DNA of 64,000 nucleotides from Escherichia phage PECP14, in the sequence record OQ870555.1. One strand, written 5' to 3'. Each line of letters opens with the position of its first letter. The stretch's first letter is position 1. This document shows, piece after piece, positions 1-10,969 of this stretch. Under the pieces are notes generated by a model. It was not told where the DNA came from, ran no database searches, and saw nothing but the letters and a program-made list of their open reading frames with translations. The translations under genes were made by a program, and so were the position numbers.

Positions 1-1565
1 TTAAATTTGGTGGAGTTCCTATCGGAGATTATAAGATCAGAATATCTGGTCAAGTAACTATGCCTGATGGTGTTACAGTTGATTCTTCTGGTTACTATGA
101 GTTCCCTAGTATTCTAACTGTAGCTTATAATTTTGTTCCTCCTACTGCACCTATCGATATTGTTTTTAAAGCTGCACGAATTGCTGATGGTAAAGAACGA
201 TATGATGTTAGAATTGAGTGGGATTGGGAACGCGGTGCTGGTGCTAATGTTCGTGAGTTCTTGGTTACTTATATAAACTCCGAAGAATACGCTAAGACTG
301 GCTGGGCTAAAGCTCAAAAGATAAACGTGGGGGCTGCTAGAGCTGCAACGATTATATCATTCCCATGGAAAGTTGAACATACCTTTAAGGTTTCATCAAT
401 TGCCTGGGGACCAAATAAGCAAGATATAACAGAATCAGCTCCTGTAACATTTATTCTGAATGAGGATACTCCTCTAGATAACAGTTTTGTCAATGAGACG
501 GGTATTGATGTTAACTATGCCTTTATTAAGGGTAGTATGAAAGATGGGGAAATCTGGAGACAGACATTCTTAATTGATGCAGCTACTGGTGCTATTAACA
601 TTGGTCTGCTCGATGAAGAAGGAAAAGCACCTATTTCTTTCGACCCTATAAATCGTGTTGTTAACGTTGATGGTAAAGTAATTACTAGAGATATTAATGC
701 TGCGAACTTTATCATGACTAACTTGTCTGGTAAAGATAATCCAGCAATTTACACTCAAGGTAAATCTTGGGGAGATAATAACTCTGGTATTTGGATGGGT
801 ATGGATAATACCTCTGCCAAAGCGAAACTAGACATTGGTAATGCTACACAATGGATACGTTATGATGGTACTACTCTGCGCATCTCTAGTGGTGTAGTAA
901 TTGGAACGCCAAATGGTGACGTAGATATTGGAACTGGTTTACAAGGTAAGCAAACAGTATTTGTTTATAAGTTAGCAACATCTTTACCGGCCAAACCGCT
1001 AGAACAAGATTATCCGCCTCCTGGTTGGTCAAAAACTCCACCTAACCGTACAGATATGACACAAAATATCTATGCGACTACAGGTACACTTGATCCAGTT
1101 ACTAACAAACTTCTTGAAGGTACTAGCTGGTCTGATGTAGTTCAGTGGAGTGGTACTGAAGGTACTATAGGACATGATGGACAGCGTGGTCCTGGGATGT
1201 ACTCCATGGGTATTCCTGGACTAGGTGGTTGGGATGATGGACAAGCTAACGCATTCTTCCAAAATAACTTTGGAAAACCTCCGGTTAAGTATGATGTTCT
1301 AACACAATTTAACAGTAATGCTCCGCAAACAGCATTTACCCGTCAATGGAACGGAGCTGGATGGATTAACCCTGCAATGGTTCTTCATGGCAATATGATT
1401 GTTAATGGGACTGTTACTGCGGATAAGATTGTGGCAGGAAATGCCTTCTTATCGCAAATCGGTGTTAATATAATCTACGATAGAAATGCTGCATTATCAG
1501 GGAACCCTGAAGCATACTACAAGATGAAGATAGACCTAAATAGTGGGTATATCCATATAAGGTAA
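1..1565 (+). CDS. tail/baseplate structural protein, 5'-partial (pb4-like by position)
   Basis: Frame of ORF 60..1565 is open to the window edge (no in-frame stop in 3..59), so the gene probably starts upstream; beta-rich FN3-like segments; sits just upstream of the fibre genes. Confidence 0.55.
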   Translation, partial: KFGGVPIGDYKIRISGQVTMPDGVTVDSSGYYEFPSILTVAYNFVPPTAPIDIVFKAARIADGKERYDVRIEWDWERGAGANVREFLVTYINSEEYAKTGWAKAQKINVGAARAATIISFPWKVEHTFKVSSIAWGPNKQDITESAPVTFILNEDTPLDNSFVNETGIDVNYAFIKGSMKDGEIWRQTFLIDAATGAINIGLLDEEGKAPISFDPINRVVNVDGKVITRDINAANFIMTNLSGKDNPAIYTQGKSWGDNNSGIWMGMDNTSAKAKLDIGNATQWIRYDGTTLRISSGVVIGTPNGDVDIGTGLQGKQTVFVYKLATSLPAKPLEQDYPPPGWSKTPPNRTDMTQNIYATTGTLDPVTNKLLEGTSWSDVVQWSGTEGTIGHDGQRGPGMYSMGIPGLGGWDDGQANAFFQNNFGKPPVKYDVLTQFNSNAPQTAFTRQWNGAGWINPAMVLHGNMIVNGTVTADKIVAGNAFLSQIGVNIIYDRNAALSGNPEAYYKMKIDLNSGYIHIR

Positions 1566-1570
1566 TTATA

Positions 1571-1993
1571 ATGAGTACAGAAAACCGAGTTATTGATATT
1601 GTTGTTGATGAAAAAGTACCTTATGGTCTTATCATGCAATTTATGGATGTTGATGATAGTGTATATCCACCAACAGAAGTTCCTGTTAACTTGACGGGGT
1701 ATTCTCTCCGAGGGACTATTAAGTCTAGTTTAGATGAGAACGCCGAGGTTCTAGCTAATTTTAAAGCTCGTGTTATTGATGCTGCTCAAGGTGCTGCTGC
1801 AATTAGTCTTTCTGTTGCAGACGTTACAAATATTGGTGAAAAAGCATCTAAAGAACGTGATAAGTACAACCCAAGACAACGTTTTGCAGGTTATTATGAT
1901 ATCCTAATGACTCGTGATGTGATTGGCTCTGAAGTCAGTTCTTTCCGTATTATGGAAGGTAAAGTATACATCAGCGATGGAGTAACTCAATAA
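1571..1993 (+). CDS. small tail protein (140 aa), p132/collar-like by size and position
   Basis: ATG at 1571 five nt after the upstream stop; ORF abuts the fibre gene (TAATG overlap at 1993). Confidence 0.45.
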   Translation: MSTENRVIDIVVDEKVPYGLIMQFMDVDDSVYPPTEVPVNLTGYSLRGTIKSSLDENAEVLANFKARVIDAAQGAAAISLSVADVTNIGEKASKERDKYNPRQRFAGYYDILMTRDVIGSEVSSFRIMEGKVYISDGVTQ

Positions 1994-4900
1994 TGGCACT
2001 TAAAACTAAAATTATTGTACAGCAGATTCTGAACATAGATGACACTACAACTACTGCTAGTAAGTATCCTAAATATACAGTAGTTTTAGGTAATTCTATT
2101 AGTTCTATTACTGCTGGTGAATTAACTGCTGCTGTAGAAGCCTCTGCTGCTTCTGCTGCGGCAGCAAAAGATTCTGAAATAGCAGCTAAGGAATCTGAAA
2201 CAAATGCTAAGGACTCGGAGAACCTAGCTGCAATTTATGCTACTTCTTCTGAAACATCTGCAACTCAATCTGCGGCATCTGCCGCGGAAGCTGAGAGACA
2301 AGCTGGTCTGTCACAAAAGAGTGCTGAAGCATCCGCTACATCGGCGGAAGAATCTAAAGGATTCAGGAATTCTGCTGAATTAGCTGCTCAAAATGCGGAG
2401 ACCAGTCGTAGACTTGCCGAACAAGCTAAAACTGCGGCTCAACAAGCTCAGACAGCTGCAGAAACTGCTAAGACTGGTGCTGAAACAGCAAAAGCAGGTG
2501 CAGAAGCTGCTGCTACAACTGCTGGAGAACATGCTGCTTCCGCTAAACAATCAGAATTAAATGCTAAAGAATCAGAAACTAATGCGGCTGGTTCTGCTGT
2601 AGAAGCAGGAGATAAGGCTGTAGATGCTACTACTGAGGCAAATCGTGCTAAGGCTGAAGCCGATCGCGCAGCTCAGATTGTAGATAGCAAGCTGGATAAA
2701 GAAGATATATCTGGTTTCATCAAAGTTTATAAGACAAAAGCAGAAGCTGATGCAGATGTTGCAAATCGTGTTCTGGGTGAAAAGATTCTAGTCTGGAACC
2801 AAACTGATTCAAAATATGGTTGGTATAAGGTTGCTGGTACTGCTGAGGCTCCTGTCCTAGAATTAGTAGAAATTGAACAGAAACTCGTATCAATCAATAA
2901 CGTTCATGCAGATGATGCTGGTAACGTACAGATCACTCTTCCAGGAGGTAACCCTTCTTTATGGTTAGGTGAAGTTACTTGGTTCCCTTACGATAAAGAT
3001 TCGGGTGTTGGATACCCTGGTGTTCTGCCAGCTGATGGTCGTGAAGTACTTCGTGTTGACTATCCTGATACTTGGGAAGCCATCGAAGCTGGTCTAATTC
3101 CTTCTGTTTCAGAAGCTGAATGGCAGGCCGGTGCAACTCTCTACTTCTCCACTGGTGATGGTTCCACAACCTTCCGTTTACCAGATATGATGCAAGGGCA
3201 GGCTTTTCGTGCACCTACTAAGGGAGAAGAAGACGGCGGTGCTATTAAGGAACAGATTCCTTATATCACTACTGTGAATGGAATTGGTCCTGCTGATGAT
3301 ACTGGAGCTATTAAGCTTCCTTACGTGGCAATGGTCAATGGAACTATTCGTCCAGATGAGAACGGAAATCTAGCACTAGGTAACGTAGTAACCAAAAACG
3401 TTTGGAACGGTACTGATGGAGAAGTCTTACTAAGGGGTGCATTTGGTTTAGGTGGTGCTGGTATAATTCTTAATGAACCAGATCTAGTATCCTTCTTTAA
3501 AGCAATGCGTGCTTTCGGTTCAGGGTATTATAGAAATGATAACGAGAGTAACTTAGTAATCCCTAAGTATTCTGCTGGATTCTACTCTAAAGTTGGAGAT
3601 ACCCATACCTTTATTTGTTCTGCCTATAGCAATGGTGTTGCTTTTGTAGCTTCTGCTTCTGATAGAGATTTAGATGAAGAATCTACAGTACATACTAATA
3701 TTCTTTATGGTACTGCAAATAAGCCTGATTTAAATAATGATACTCAAGGTGTCTTAGGTCTCGATAAAGGAGGAACAGGAGCTTCTACAGTTAGTTCTGC
3801 CAAAACTAACCTAGAAGTGGATAGAATAAAGCAGCTAGTAGGAGGAACACATATAACCTCTCAGGATCAAAATATAGTGTTTATGGTTCAGGACACTAAA
3901 ACCTGGGGGGTATACGACCATTCTGAAAACAAGTGGATATCTTTACCTGTTGAACATGGGGGTACTGGAGCTACTGAGCCAGTTCAAGCTAGAAAAAATT
4001 TAGGGGCTGCAAGTGCCGGTATTAACTCCGATATTACTCAGCTACGTAATATGGAGGGTTGGCCTCTTAGCATTAAGAACGGTGGTATTATTACTCGTAA
4101 ATACCACGCAGTTCCTTCGGATGGGTTTTACTTAGGATCGGAAGTTTTTTCTGCTCAGGTCCAACTGGATAATTCAGAGGATCCAGATACCCCTCGTTTA
4201 GAGGCATTATTTTACGCTGAAGGTAACTATGCCCAATCTCGTACTGAAAGGGCTACAGTAGCTGCTTATAGGCGTACTGCAGATGGTTCGTTAACTGCTA
4301 CTAAATATGCTAACCTGTACATGGATTCAGGGGCTTGGAATGCAGAACGTATGCAAGCTCTAGGGTATTCTAAAGGTTGGGACGATGATTCCTTTGGTTT
4401 CCTCGCTCCTTTTCAAGCTTCTGATGTAACGGGCAATGATCATGGATTCGTACCTATTATTAGTGCTATGACTCAATCCACAGGTGGCTACCCAATGAGG
4501 GCTACTACTGGATTAATATCTCGAGGTACTAGTACTTGGCCTGCCTATGCATTTAGACTTCGTGGAGATTCTAATTGGGGATGTACCTATCAGTTCCACA
4601 TGACAGGGGATATTGACGGATGGGGGTCAGACTATAATAACGTTGTCTTTAACTTTACTTACACAAAAAATGCGGTGTCGGATATCAATCTAAAAGATAA
4701 TATTCAAGACGTATCGGGTGAAGAATCTCTTGAAAACATTGAAAAAATGGAGTTCAAGAAATTCACCTATAAGTTTGATAAGAAAAAGAGTATTAGACGT
4801 GGTGTTATTGCACAACAAATAGAGTTGATTGATCCTCAATATGTTAAAGCTATTGGCAATCCTGAAACCGACGATATTACTTTAACCCTAGATACCAATC

Positions 4901-5076
4901 CATTGTTAATGGATGCTTTAGCTGCTATTAAGGTATTATCTGAAAGAAATAAGTCTCTTGAGACTAAACTACAAGAGATGTCTACTGTTATTGAAAACAT
5001 TAACGAAAAGCTTAATTTGATGACTAGATTATCAAATATAGAAGCAGAGTTAGATAAAATGAAAGGTACTAGTTAA
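1993..5076 (+). CDS. L-shaped tail fibre protein A with C-terminal intramolecular chaperone (S74-type) domain
   Basis: 1027 aa; N-terminal Ala/Ser/Glu-rich helical repeats; C-terminus ...SDINLKDNIQDVSGEESLENIEKMEFKKFTYKF...GVIAQQIELIDPQYV... matches the self-cleaving chaperone module of T5 pb1-type fibres. Confidence 0.8.
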   Translation: MALKTKIIVQQILNIDDTTTTASKYPKYTVVLGNSISSITAGELTAAVEASAASAAAAKDSEIAAKESETNAKDSENLAAIYATSSETSATQSAASAAEAERQAGLSQKSAEASATSAEESKGFRNSAELAAQNAETSRRLAEQAKTAAQQAQTAAETAKTGAETAKAGAEAAATTAGEHAASAKQSELNAKESETNAAGSAVEAGDKAVDATTEANRAKAEADRAAQIVDSKLDKEDISGFIKVYKTKAEADADVANRVLGEKILVWNQTDSKYGWYKVAGTAEAPVLELVEIEQKLVSINNVHADDAGNVQITLPGGNPSLWLGEVTWFPYDKDSGVGYPGVLPADGREVLRVDYPDTWEAIEAGLIPSVSEAEWQAGATLYFSTGDGSTTFRLPDMMQGQAFRAPTKGEEDGGAIKEQIPYITTVNGIGPADDTGAIKLPYVAMVNGTIRPDENGNLALGNVVTKNVWNGTDGEVLLRGAFGLGGAGIILNEPDLVSFFKAMRAFGSGYYRNDNESNLVIPKYSAGFYSKVGDTHTFICSAYSNGVAFVASASDRDLDEESTVHTNILYGTANKPDLNNDTQGVLGLDKGGTGASTVSSAKTNLEVDRIKQLVGGTHITSQDQNIVFMVQDTKTWGVYDHSENKWISLPVEHGGTGATEPVQARKNLGAASAGINSDITQLRNMEGWPLSIKNGGIITRKYHAVPSDGFYLGSEVFSAQVQLDNSEDPDTPRLEALFYAEGNYAQSRTERATVAAYRRTADGSLTATKYANLYMDSGAWNAERMQALGYSKGWDDDSFGFLAPFQASDVTGNDHGFVPIISAMTQSTGGYPMRATTGLISRGTSTWPAYAFRLRGDSNWGCTYQFHMTGDIDGWGSDYNNVVFNFTYTKNAVSDINLKDNIQDVSGEESLENIEKMEFKKFTYKFDKKKSIRRGVIAQQIELIDPQYVKAIGNPETDDITLTLDTNPLLMDALAAIKVLSERNKSLETKLQEMSTVIENINEKLNLMTRLSNIEAELDKMKGTS

Positions 5077-7061
5077 TGTCACGTAATTTAATGCCAAAAA
5101 GTGGGGCTATGGCCCCATATGTTGTAGTTAATAGAGACGCCGCAGTTGCCGGCGTTTTCTCTGTTGATGGAGAAGCTGGTGCTGTTGTGCTAACTTCCAA
5201 ATACCTGCAAATCTCTAAGTATACTACTGATAAAGCTGCTACTGATGCAGCTATCAATAATATTAACGAGTCGATTGGTAATATTAATACTGCATTAGGA
5301 GGTGTTAATACTACTTTAGATACTAAAGCTGCTAAAGGTGCCAATAACGATATTACAGAATTAAATGCACTTACTAAAGCTATTAAAATTTCTCAAGGTG
5401 GTACTGGGGCAGTAACGCTAGAAAATGCTAGAGCAAATCTACAAGTAGAACGCCTACGTCAGCAAGATAACGGAACTTTTATTACCTCTCCTGACGGTAA
5501 ATATTCTTTATTTATCTATAATAGTGGAGATTTTGGTTTAATTAATAGTGCTAGTACAGCAGTTAGTGCTATGAAAGTTGCTTTCGGTGGTACGGGTGGA
5601 ACTACTCCTAAAACTGCAAGAAAAGGCCTTAATGTCCCTGTTGGTGCCTTGGCTGAGATAGTACCTGATGGAGATAACGTATTGAACTATGTAGCTGTTG
5701 CTGGCCAGAGTGGGTATTATTCCTCTGGTGACGCAATAGTTAACGGGCCTCCCAAGCAAGAGGGTTGGTGGACGTATAACTTCCACTGTCATGGAGTAGA
5801 CATAAATGGTGTGGCACAATACGGTATACTTCGTGCAGTTGGATTGTCTGGTAGTTCCTGGGTTAACGTTCTTGATGGTACTGATAACTGGAGAGGATGG
5901 CAGGAACAATTTAATGTTCAAACTACTGTTCAAATCTCTAATGGGGGTACTGGTGCTCAGAGTGTAGGACAAGCAAGAAGTAATCTTGGAATTGGTGAAA
6001 CTGATATTCCTGTTTTTAGGGGTGTGAATCTTATTGAAAAGAATGGTGCTAATTCCGGCATTCTTTACCTAATAAACAAGAACGCAGAAGGTGTGCAACT
6101 TTCATATTCCAGGATCTACAATGAAATTCAAGGAGCGACCGCTAAAGCAACAATACAAGTAACAAGAGAAGGTGGTGATAATAACTATTATCAATTTGAC
6201 GAGCATGGTAATGCACTAAACTATAACTCTATAACAGTAGGTCGTGGTATTGGTAACGCTCTTGGTGATAATTCATTGGTTATTGGTGATACTGACACTG
6301 GCTTTAAATGGGGTGGTGATGGTATTATTCAAATTCATTGCAATGGTAGTAATATTGCATCTTATGAAGCGCACAATATGCATATTAATGGATTACTTAC
6401 AATATGGCCTACTGAGAATAACGCAAATGGGGTTAGAGTTTCAGGCGCTAGAACTGGTGGCGGTAATGCGTTAATTGGGGGTCAAATTGCTGGCGGCGGC
6501 TGGGATGGTTGGCGAGATCGCGCATCTGGTCTACTTGTTGAACTACCAGGTGATGATGCCGCATCAAACATATTCAAGGCTGTTAGGTGGGGCGGTGATT
6601 GGGCTGCTGGTCTTGATGTTGTAAGATATGGTGCTGGAGGTTGTGAGGCGCACCTTAATATAAGAGGTGCAACTTACACATTTAATGATGCTGGGTATGC
6701 GTCTGCTGTTCAGTGGGTTAACACATCCGATATTCGCCTGAAAGCAAATCTAAAAGAGATTGAAAGCGCTAAAGAAAAAGTGAAATCGATTAAGGGTTAT
6801 ACTTATTTTAAGCGTAATAATCTTGATGAAGATGAACACTCTATTTATTCTGAGGAAGCGGGTGTAATAGCTCAGGATGTGCAGGCTGTTTTGCCGGAGG
6901 CTGTTTATAAAATCTCTAACAGTGAGTATTTAGGTGTAAGTTATAGTGGTATTACCGCTCTCCTAGTTAACGCTTTTAATGAACTTAATGAAGTTGTTGA
7001 AAAGCAGCAGCAAGAAATTGATGAACTTAAGAAATTGGTAAAACAATTACTTGATAAGTAA
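5076..7061 (+). CDS. second L-shaped tail fibre protein (LtfB-like) with C-terminal intramolecular chaperone domain
   Basis: 661 aa; Gly-rich beta-helix-like body; C-terminus ...SDIRLKANLKEIESAKEKVKSIKGYTYFKRNN...AGVIAQDVQAVLPEAVYK... is a second copy of the chaperone module. Confidence 0.75.
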   Translation: MSRNLMPKSGAMAPYVVVNRDAAVAGVFSVDGEAGAVVLTSKYLQISKYTTDKAATDAAINNINESIGNINTALGGVNTTLDTKAAKGANNDITELNALTKAIKISQGGTGAVTLENARANLQVERLRQQDNGTFITSPDGKYSLFIYNSGDFGLINSASTAVSAMKVAFGGTGGTTPKTARKGLNVPVGALAEIVPDGDNVLNYVAVAGQSGYYSSGDAIVNGPPKQEGWWTYNFHCHGVDINGVAQYGILRAVGLSGSSWVNVLDGTDNWRGWQEQFNVQTTVQISNGGTGAQSVGQARSNLGIGETDIPVFRGVNLIEKNGANSGILYLINKNAEGVQLSYSRIYNEIQGATAKATIQVTREGGDNNYYQFDEHGNALNYNSITVGRGIGNALGDNSLVIGDTDTGFKWGGDGIIQIHCNGSNIASYEAHNMHINGLLTIWPTENNANGVRVSGARTGGGNALIGGQIAGGGWDGWRDRASGLLVELPGDDAASNIFKAVRWGGDWAAGLDVVRYGAGGCEAHLNIRGATYTFNDAGYASAVQWVNTSDIRLKANLKEIESAKEKVKSIKGYTYFKRNNLDEDEHSIYSEEAGVIAQDVQAVLPEAVYKISNSEYLGVSYSGITALLVNAFNELNEVVEKQQQEIDELKKLVKQLLDK

Positions 7062-7064
7062 AAG

Positions 7065-7096
7065 AAAACCCCAGTGGATTTCCACTGGGGTTTATT
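7065..7096. terminator. bidirectional rho-independent terminator between convergent tail and replication modules
   Basis: AAAA-CCCCAGTGG-ATTT-CCACTGGGG-TTTATT: perfect 9-bp stem, A-run before and T-run after, between the stop at 7061 and the minus-strand stop at 7098. Confidence 0.8.
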
Positions 7097-7097
7097 A

Positions 7098-7364
7098 TTA
7101 TCTGCTGCCAGCAATAACACCTAAGTTAAACACTGCTAACATAGCTCTAAGAGTAGGATCTTCTGAATTGCTACATAGTTCGACAAAAGCCTCTTCATCC
7201 CACTGGATTACATTGCCTTCACGATCTACCTTAAGAACTACGTTATTCACATCCGGTTCTGCTACCATAACATGATGATACGTAGCGGGATGTTCAAATG
7301 ATCCTATCATATTAGGATCAGCAAAATTATTTACTTCCTGAGCTTCCAAAGCCGCCTTCTCCAC
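7098..7364 (-). CDS. hypothetical protein (88 aa, GTG start)
   Basis: ORF track; overlaps the dUTPase 3' end; no recognisable domain. Confidence 0.4.
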   Translation of the reverse strand: MEKAALEAQEVNNFADPNMIGSFEHPATYHHVMVAEPDVNNVVLKVDREGNVIQWDEEAFVELCSNSEDPTLRAMLAVFNLGVIAGSR

Positions 7365-7773
7365 GATCAGTCTCCTCTAGTTCGTCAACGATTTCAAAAT
7401 GATGAGTTGAGTAGTGTGGTAGTACTACTAGCTGACAAAGTCTCTCGAAATTCTCCAGAGTTTGCATTTCAGAACCGTAGTTAAACAGGTTCATCTTAAT
7501 AGTACCACGGTAGTCTGAGTCGATCACTCCTGCGGTATTTGCGATCATTAGTTTACGCTTACCTAAAGAGCTGCGAGGAACTACCAAACCAAACCAACCT
7601 CGCGGAATTTCCACCGCGACACCGGTGTCAATCATAAGGGATTTGCCTGGTGCAATAGCACGTAAATCTGCCGCAAGGTTAGTACCAAAGAATGCACGCA
7701 GATCCATACCTGCGGCATCATCAGAACCAATCCTCGGCATGCAATCTGGATGAGTTAGTTTAATTTTAATCAT
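7327..7773 (-). CDS. dut: dUTP diphosphatase
   Basis: 148 aa; dUTPase motifs (..AGMDLRA.., ..IANTAGVIDSDYRG..); ATG at 7773 overlaps the upstream stop. Confidence 0.85.
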   Translation of the reverse strand: MIKIKLTHPDCMPRIGSDDAAGMDLRAFFGTNLAADLRAIAPGKSLMIDTGVAVEIPRGWFGLVVPRSSLGKRKLMIANTAGVIDSDYRGTIKMNLFNYGSEMQTLENFERLCQLVVLPHYSTHHFEIVDELEETDRGEGGFGSSGSK

Positions 7774-8645
7774 TGTCCTGCGATCTCCAAAATATCTTTC
7801 GTAAACTTATCTAATACGTCTTGACCCACAGCAGCAATAGCATCTACACAATAGGTCGGTAAATCAACCAGAATCAGATTTCGGAAAAGCAACTCCTCCG
7901 ATGCGTTCAGATTCTGTATATATTTCTGTTTCCCAGGCAGAGGGAGTTGATCAATAATATCCAGAACATTACCAAATTCACGGATAATATTATAACCACG
8001 TTTTGCACCGATGCCTTCAACACCACGGATGTTATCACCAAGATCTCCCATAATTGCTTTCAGAGAGATAAACTGATCTACATCGTCAACGTTATGATGT
8101 TCATACATATCACGAAGATGGTACTCACGACGTGTGGTGAAGGAGAAGCGAGAAACTCGATCAGTTAATAGAGTATCCCAGTCACCATCAGTAGAGATCA
8201 GCCAAACGTGATCATATAAATGACCAATGAGCTTAACAATATAAGCTGCCATATCGTCTGCTTCTACACCACGAATAGTGAAAGTTGGGAATGTGGTTTC
8301 ACACAACTCGAAAGCATCACGAAGATACTCGAAGAACTGTTCATCTAGTGCTTTCTCTTCTTCTGTACGTTGAGCATACTTTTCATCACGGTTGCCCTTA
8401 TAATCAGGAAGGTGCTCTAAACGGAATACAGACTTTCCTTTATCACCGAGAACGATTGTAGTTCTAGCTGAGTAGGATTTTGCGAGAGATTGAATTGTAG
8501 AAACATAACTTGAAGCGAAGGGTTTCTTACTATTATTATGTTTGAAGCGGAAGCCTAAGTTAGTTCCATCAACAATCATTAGGTTGCGACGAGAAGCCAG
8601 CTCAGCTTCTTCCTCTTCAATAAATTTTCCCCAGGATTTACTCAT
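7770..8645 (-). CDS. flap endonuclease / 5'-3' exonuclease (T5 D15-like)
   Basis: 291 aa; PIN-like N-terminus (MIVDGTNLGFR...), helix-3-turn-helix (...GDLGDNIRGVEGIGAKRG...). Confidence 0.8.
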   Translation of the reverse strand: MSKSWGKFIEEEEAELASRRNLMIVDGTNLGFRFKHNNSKKPFASSYVSTIQSLAKSYSARTTIVLGDKGKSVFRLEHLPDYKGNRDEKYAQRTEEEKALDEQFFEYLRDAFELCETTFPTFTIRGVEADDMAAYIVKLIGHLYDHVWLISTDGDWDTLLTDRVSRFSFTTRREYHLRDMYEHHNVDDVDQFISLKAIMGDLGDNIRGVEGIGAKRGYNIIREFGNVLDIIDQLPLPGKQKYIQNLNASEELLFRNLILVDLPTYCVDAIAAVGQDVLDKFTKDILEIAGQ

Positions 8646-9127
8646 TATTTAATTAAGTCCTCAACAGATGCGTGATGTAACCACGGTTCGAATAACCCGA
8701 TTACGATTTCCATGTCTTTCTTATTTAACACCATATGGGTACGACTCATTAAGTTGTCGACCATAGGGTCTGAGCTATCCAAAGCAATTAACCACTGTCC
8801 TCTGTCTTTCTTGAATATTAAGGCTGGTTTGGAGTTCATCTGTTCACCTTCACGGGAACACTGCTGCCACCACTTCTCTAGAGTGGATTCACCAACGTTA
8901 AATAAATTACTTGATATGTTATCATCTTTATACCACTTAACTTCGAAGCAGTATTTACTAATGTGTCCGCTTTGTGGTGGAAGGTAGATGTCACCCTTCA
9001 GTCCATGGCTCTGGCCAAAAGCACCAGAACCTGGAACACGTTCCCACTCAAGACCTGTACGTTCACGTAGTATATCTCTTACCTGATATTCACCACGTTT
9101 ACCTTTCTCTCTACTATCTACGGCCAT
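8645..9127 (-). CDS. hypothetical protein (D14-like position)
   Basis: 160 aa ORF coupled between the flap endonuclease and SbcC-like genes. Confidence 0.5.
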   Translation of the reverse strand: MAVDSREKGKRGEYQVRDILRERTGLEWERVPGSGAFGQSHGLKGDIYLPPQSGHISKYCFEVKWYKDDNISSNLFNVGESTLEKWWQQCSREGEQMNSKPALIFKKDRGQWLIALDSSDPMVDNLMSRTHMVLNKKDMEIVIGLFEPWLHHASVEDLIK

Positions 9128-9130
9128 GTT

Positions 9131-10969
9131 TTATTCTAAGTAGGAAAATCCTTCTGCATCTTTTTTGACAGTAATCTTATGGGCTACTGGATGCGTATGC
9201 CCATGAGAAACAATGATAGAATTCAGACTATCTTCCTCATTTAATAATTCAACGAGAGTATCAAGTCCTTTCGTATCAATAAAGCTAATAACTTCGTCAA
9301 GGAACAGAAGATTAATATTAACTTTACTAATAGATGTTAACAGCATTCGAATAGCTAACAGAGTTGCTAGGTTAATTCTACTCTGCTGACCAGTAGAGCA
9401 GTTCTCCATACTGGTGCGGTTTCCATCATTGAAGATTACTACTTGTAATTTAGTTTCATCAAGTTCAAATCCAAGTGCGAACTTACCACCAGTCATAATA
9501 GAAAGATATTTATTAATCAATTCCTCAAATACTTTCACACTATGCTCTAATTTATATCCTACCAGATTTTTCAATGCAGTGATCAGAATATCAAGATCAG
9601 CAACAGCTTCTGATACTCCATCCAGTTTGGACGTTATCTCAGACATTTCTGCCTCAGCTTTCTCAATCTGTTCTAGTTTCGCTTTATATTTTGCATTGGC
9701 TAACTCGACATTTGCATTATGCTCTTTGGCAATTGCAACTTTAGAACGTCCATCTGCGATTTCCTGTTCTAATTGTCGGATTTGCACCTGTAGGATTTGC
9801 ACATTGAGTTCTTCAAAAGAAGCATCACTCATTGAATTTTTGAACTCGTCCCTAGCTGCTATTGCCTTATCCAAAGCATCCTTAGCTCTAGTATATGCAG
9901 TGTACTCGACTTGTTCTTTCTTCAACTGCTCCAATGTAGCTTCAAGAGATTGTTTCTCTTTAAACAGAGGATCATATTCTGTTCTAGCCATATCCATTGC
10001 TTTTTGAGCAGCAGTTGTATCAAGATGCGTACCACAAGTAGGACATTCAGTATTTGAAGCCTCTTGCTTAAACTTCTGATAACGTTTCTTGACTTCTCCC
10101 GCACGTGAGGTAACAATCGTTAAGTCACGCGTAACACTTGAGATCTCTTCAGATTGGTCAGTGGGCGCAGGGAAATTTTTGAAAGGCTCGAAAGATTGTT
10201 CGGCAACTTGTACAGCTTTGTCCAAATTACGGAGTTTAGTAATATTAGCCTCTTGTGACTTGGCTAATGCCGCCTTAATTTTCGATTCAGTAAGTTCTTG
10301 TGCTAATGGTTCTTCATCAAACTCTGGAACTTCAACTGGCTCTTGTAAACTTCCGAGATTGCCTTTTCCGTTGAGGATCTTCGTAATTACGGCCATCTGG
10401 CCTTGCAAGTTACTTAACGTACTTGCCACTTCTTTACGATCAGCCTTAATAGTTTCTGACATCTCTTTATACTGTTCCTGATTGAACAGATTAACAAGAA
10501 AAGCTTTACGTGTCGCATCAGTTGCTTTGAGGAAGTCTAGATTGGAACCTACAGATTGATAGATCAGTTTAGTGAATGTTTGGAAGTCACCACCCATAAT
10601 CTCTTCAATCATCTTATACGTTTGAGTTGCTGTGTGTCCACTGATATCTTCTCCATTCTTAATCAGTGTAACCTTAGCAGTTGATTTAACTACTTTATGC
10701 AATTCATACTCATCTTCATCTTTCGAGAAGTAAGCATGCATATCATACTCTTTCTTCGGAGAACCCCAAGAGAATAGGGCGTCCTTCTTGATACCACGTG
10801 AGTTCTTGTTATAAAACAATTCCTCAATAACAGTAGCAATAGTGGACTTCCCTAGACCGTTTCCTCCGATTAACTGAGTAACTGGATTCTTATCGAAATG
10901 AATTACGATATCCTTACCGTAAGACATAACGTTGCTGAATTTTAGTGTCTTAATTATAATCTTTGACAT
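9131..10969 (-). CDS. SbcC/Rad50-like ATPase (D13-like)
   Basis: Walker A GGNGLGKST, long coiled coil, ABC signature CSTGQQSRINLA, Walker B LFLDEV; track ORF starts at a TTG at 11044, ATG at 10969 (MSKIIIKTL) preferred. Confidence 0.8.
   Translation of the reverse strand: MSKIIIKTLKFSNVMSYGKDIVIHFDKNPVTQLIGGNGLGKSTIATVIEELFYNKNSRGIKKDALFSWGSPKKEYDMHAYFSKDEDEYELHKVVKSTAKVTLIKNGEDISGHTATQTYKMIEEIMGGDFQTFTKLIYQSVGSNLDFLKATDATRKAFLVNLFNQEQYKEMSETIKADRKEVASTLSNLQGQMAVITKILNGKGNLGSLQEPVEVPEFDEEPLAQELTESKIKAALAKSQEANITKLRNLDKAVQVAEQSFEPFKNFPAPTDQSEEISSVTRDLTIVTSRAGEVKKRYQKFKQEASNTECPTCGTHLDTTAAQKAMDMARTEYDPLFKEKQSLEATLEQLKKEQVEYTAYTRAKDALDKAIAARDEFKNSMSDASFEELNVQILQVQIRQLEQEIADGRSKVAIAKEHNANVELANAKYKAKLEQIEKAEAEMSEITSKLDGVSEAVADLDILITALKNLVGYKLEHSVKVFEELINKYLSIMTGGKFALGFELDETKLQVVIFNDGNRTSMENCSTGQQSRINLATLLAIRMLLTSISKVNINLLFLDEVISFIDTKGLDTLVELLNEEDSLNSIIVSHGHTHPVAHKITVKKDAEGFSYLE

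Noticed and set aside
9414-10007. Antisense ORFs in the supplied track (e.g. 9414..10007 +, 12051..12758 +, 42492..43103 -, 44617..45204 -, 48263..49288 -, 50141..50635 +).
   Set aside because: They lie opposite much better-supported genes, have low-complexity translations and lack RBS or promoter context.
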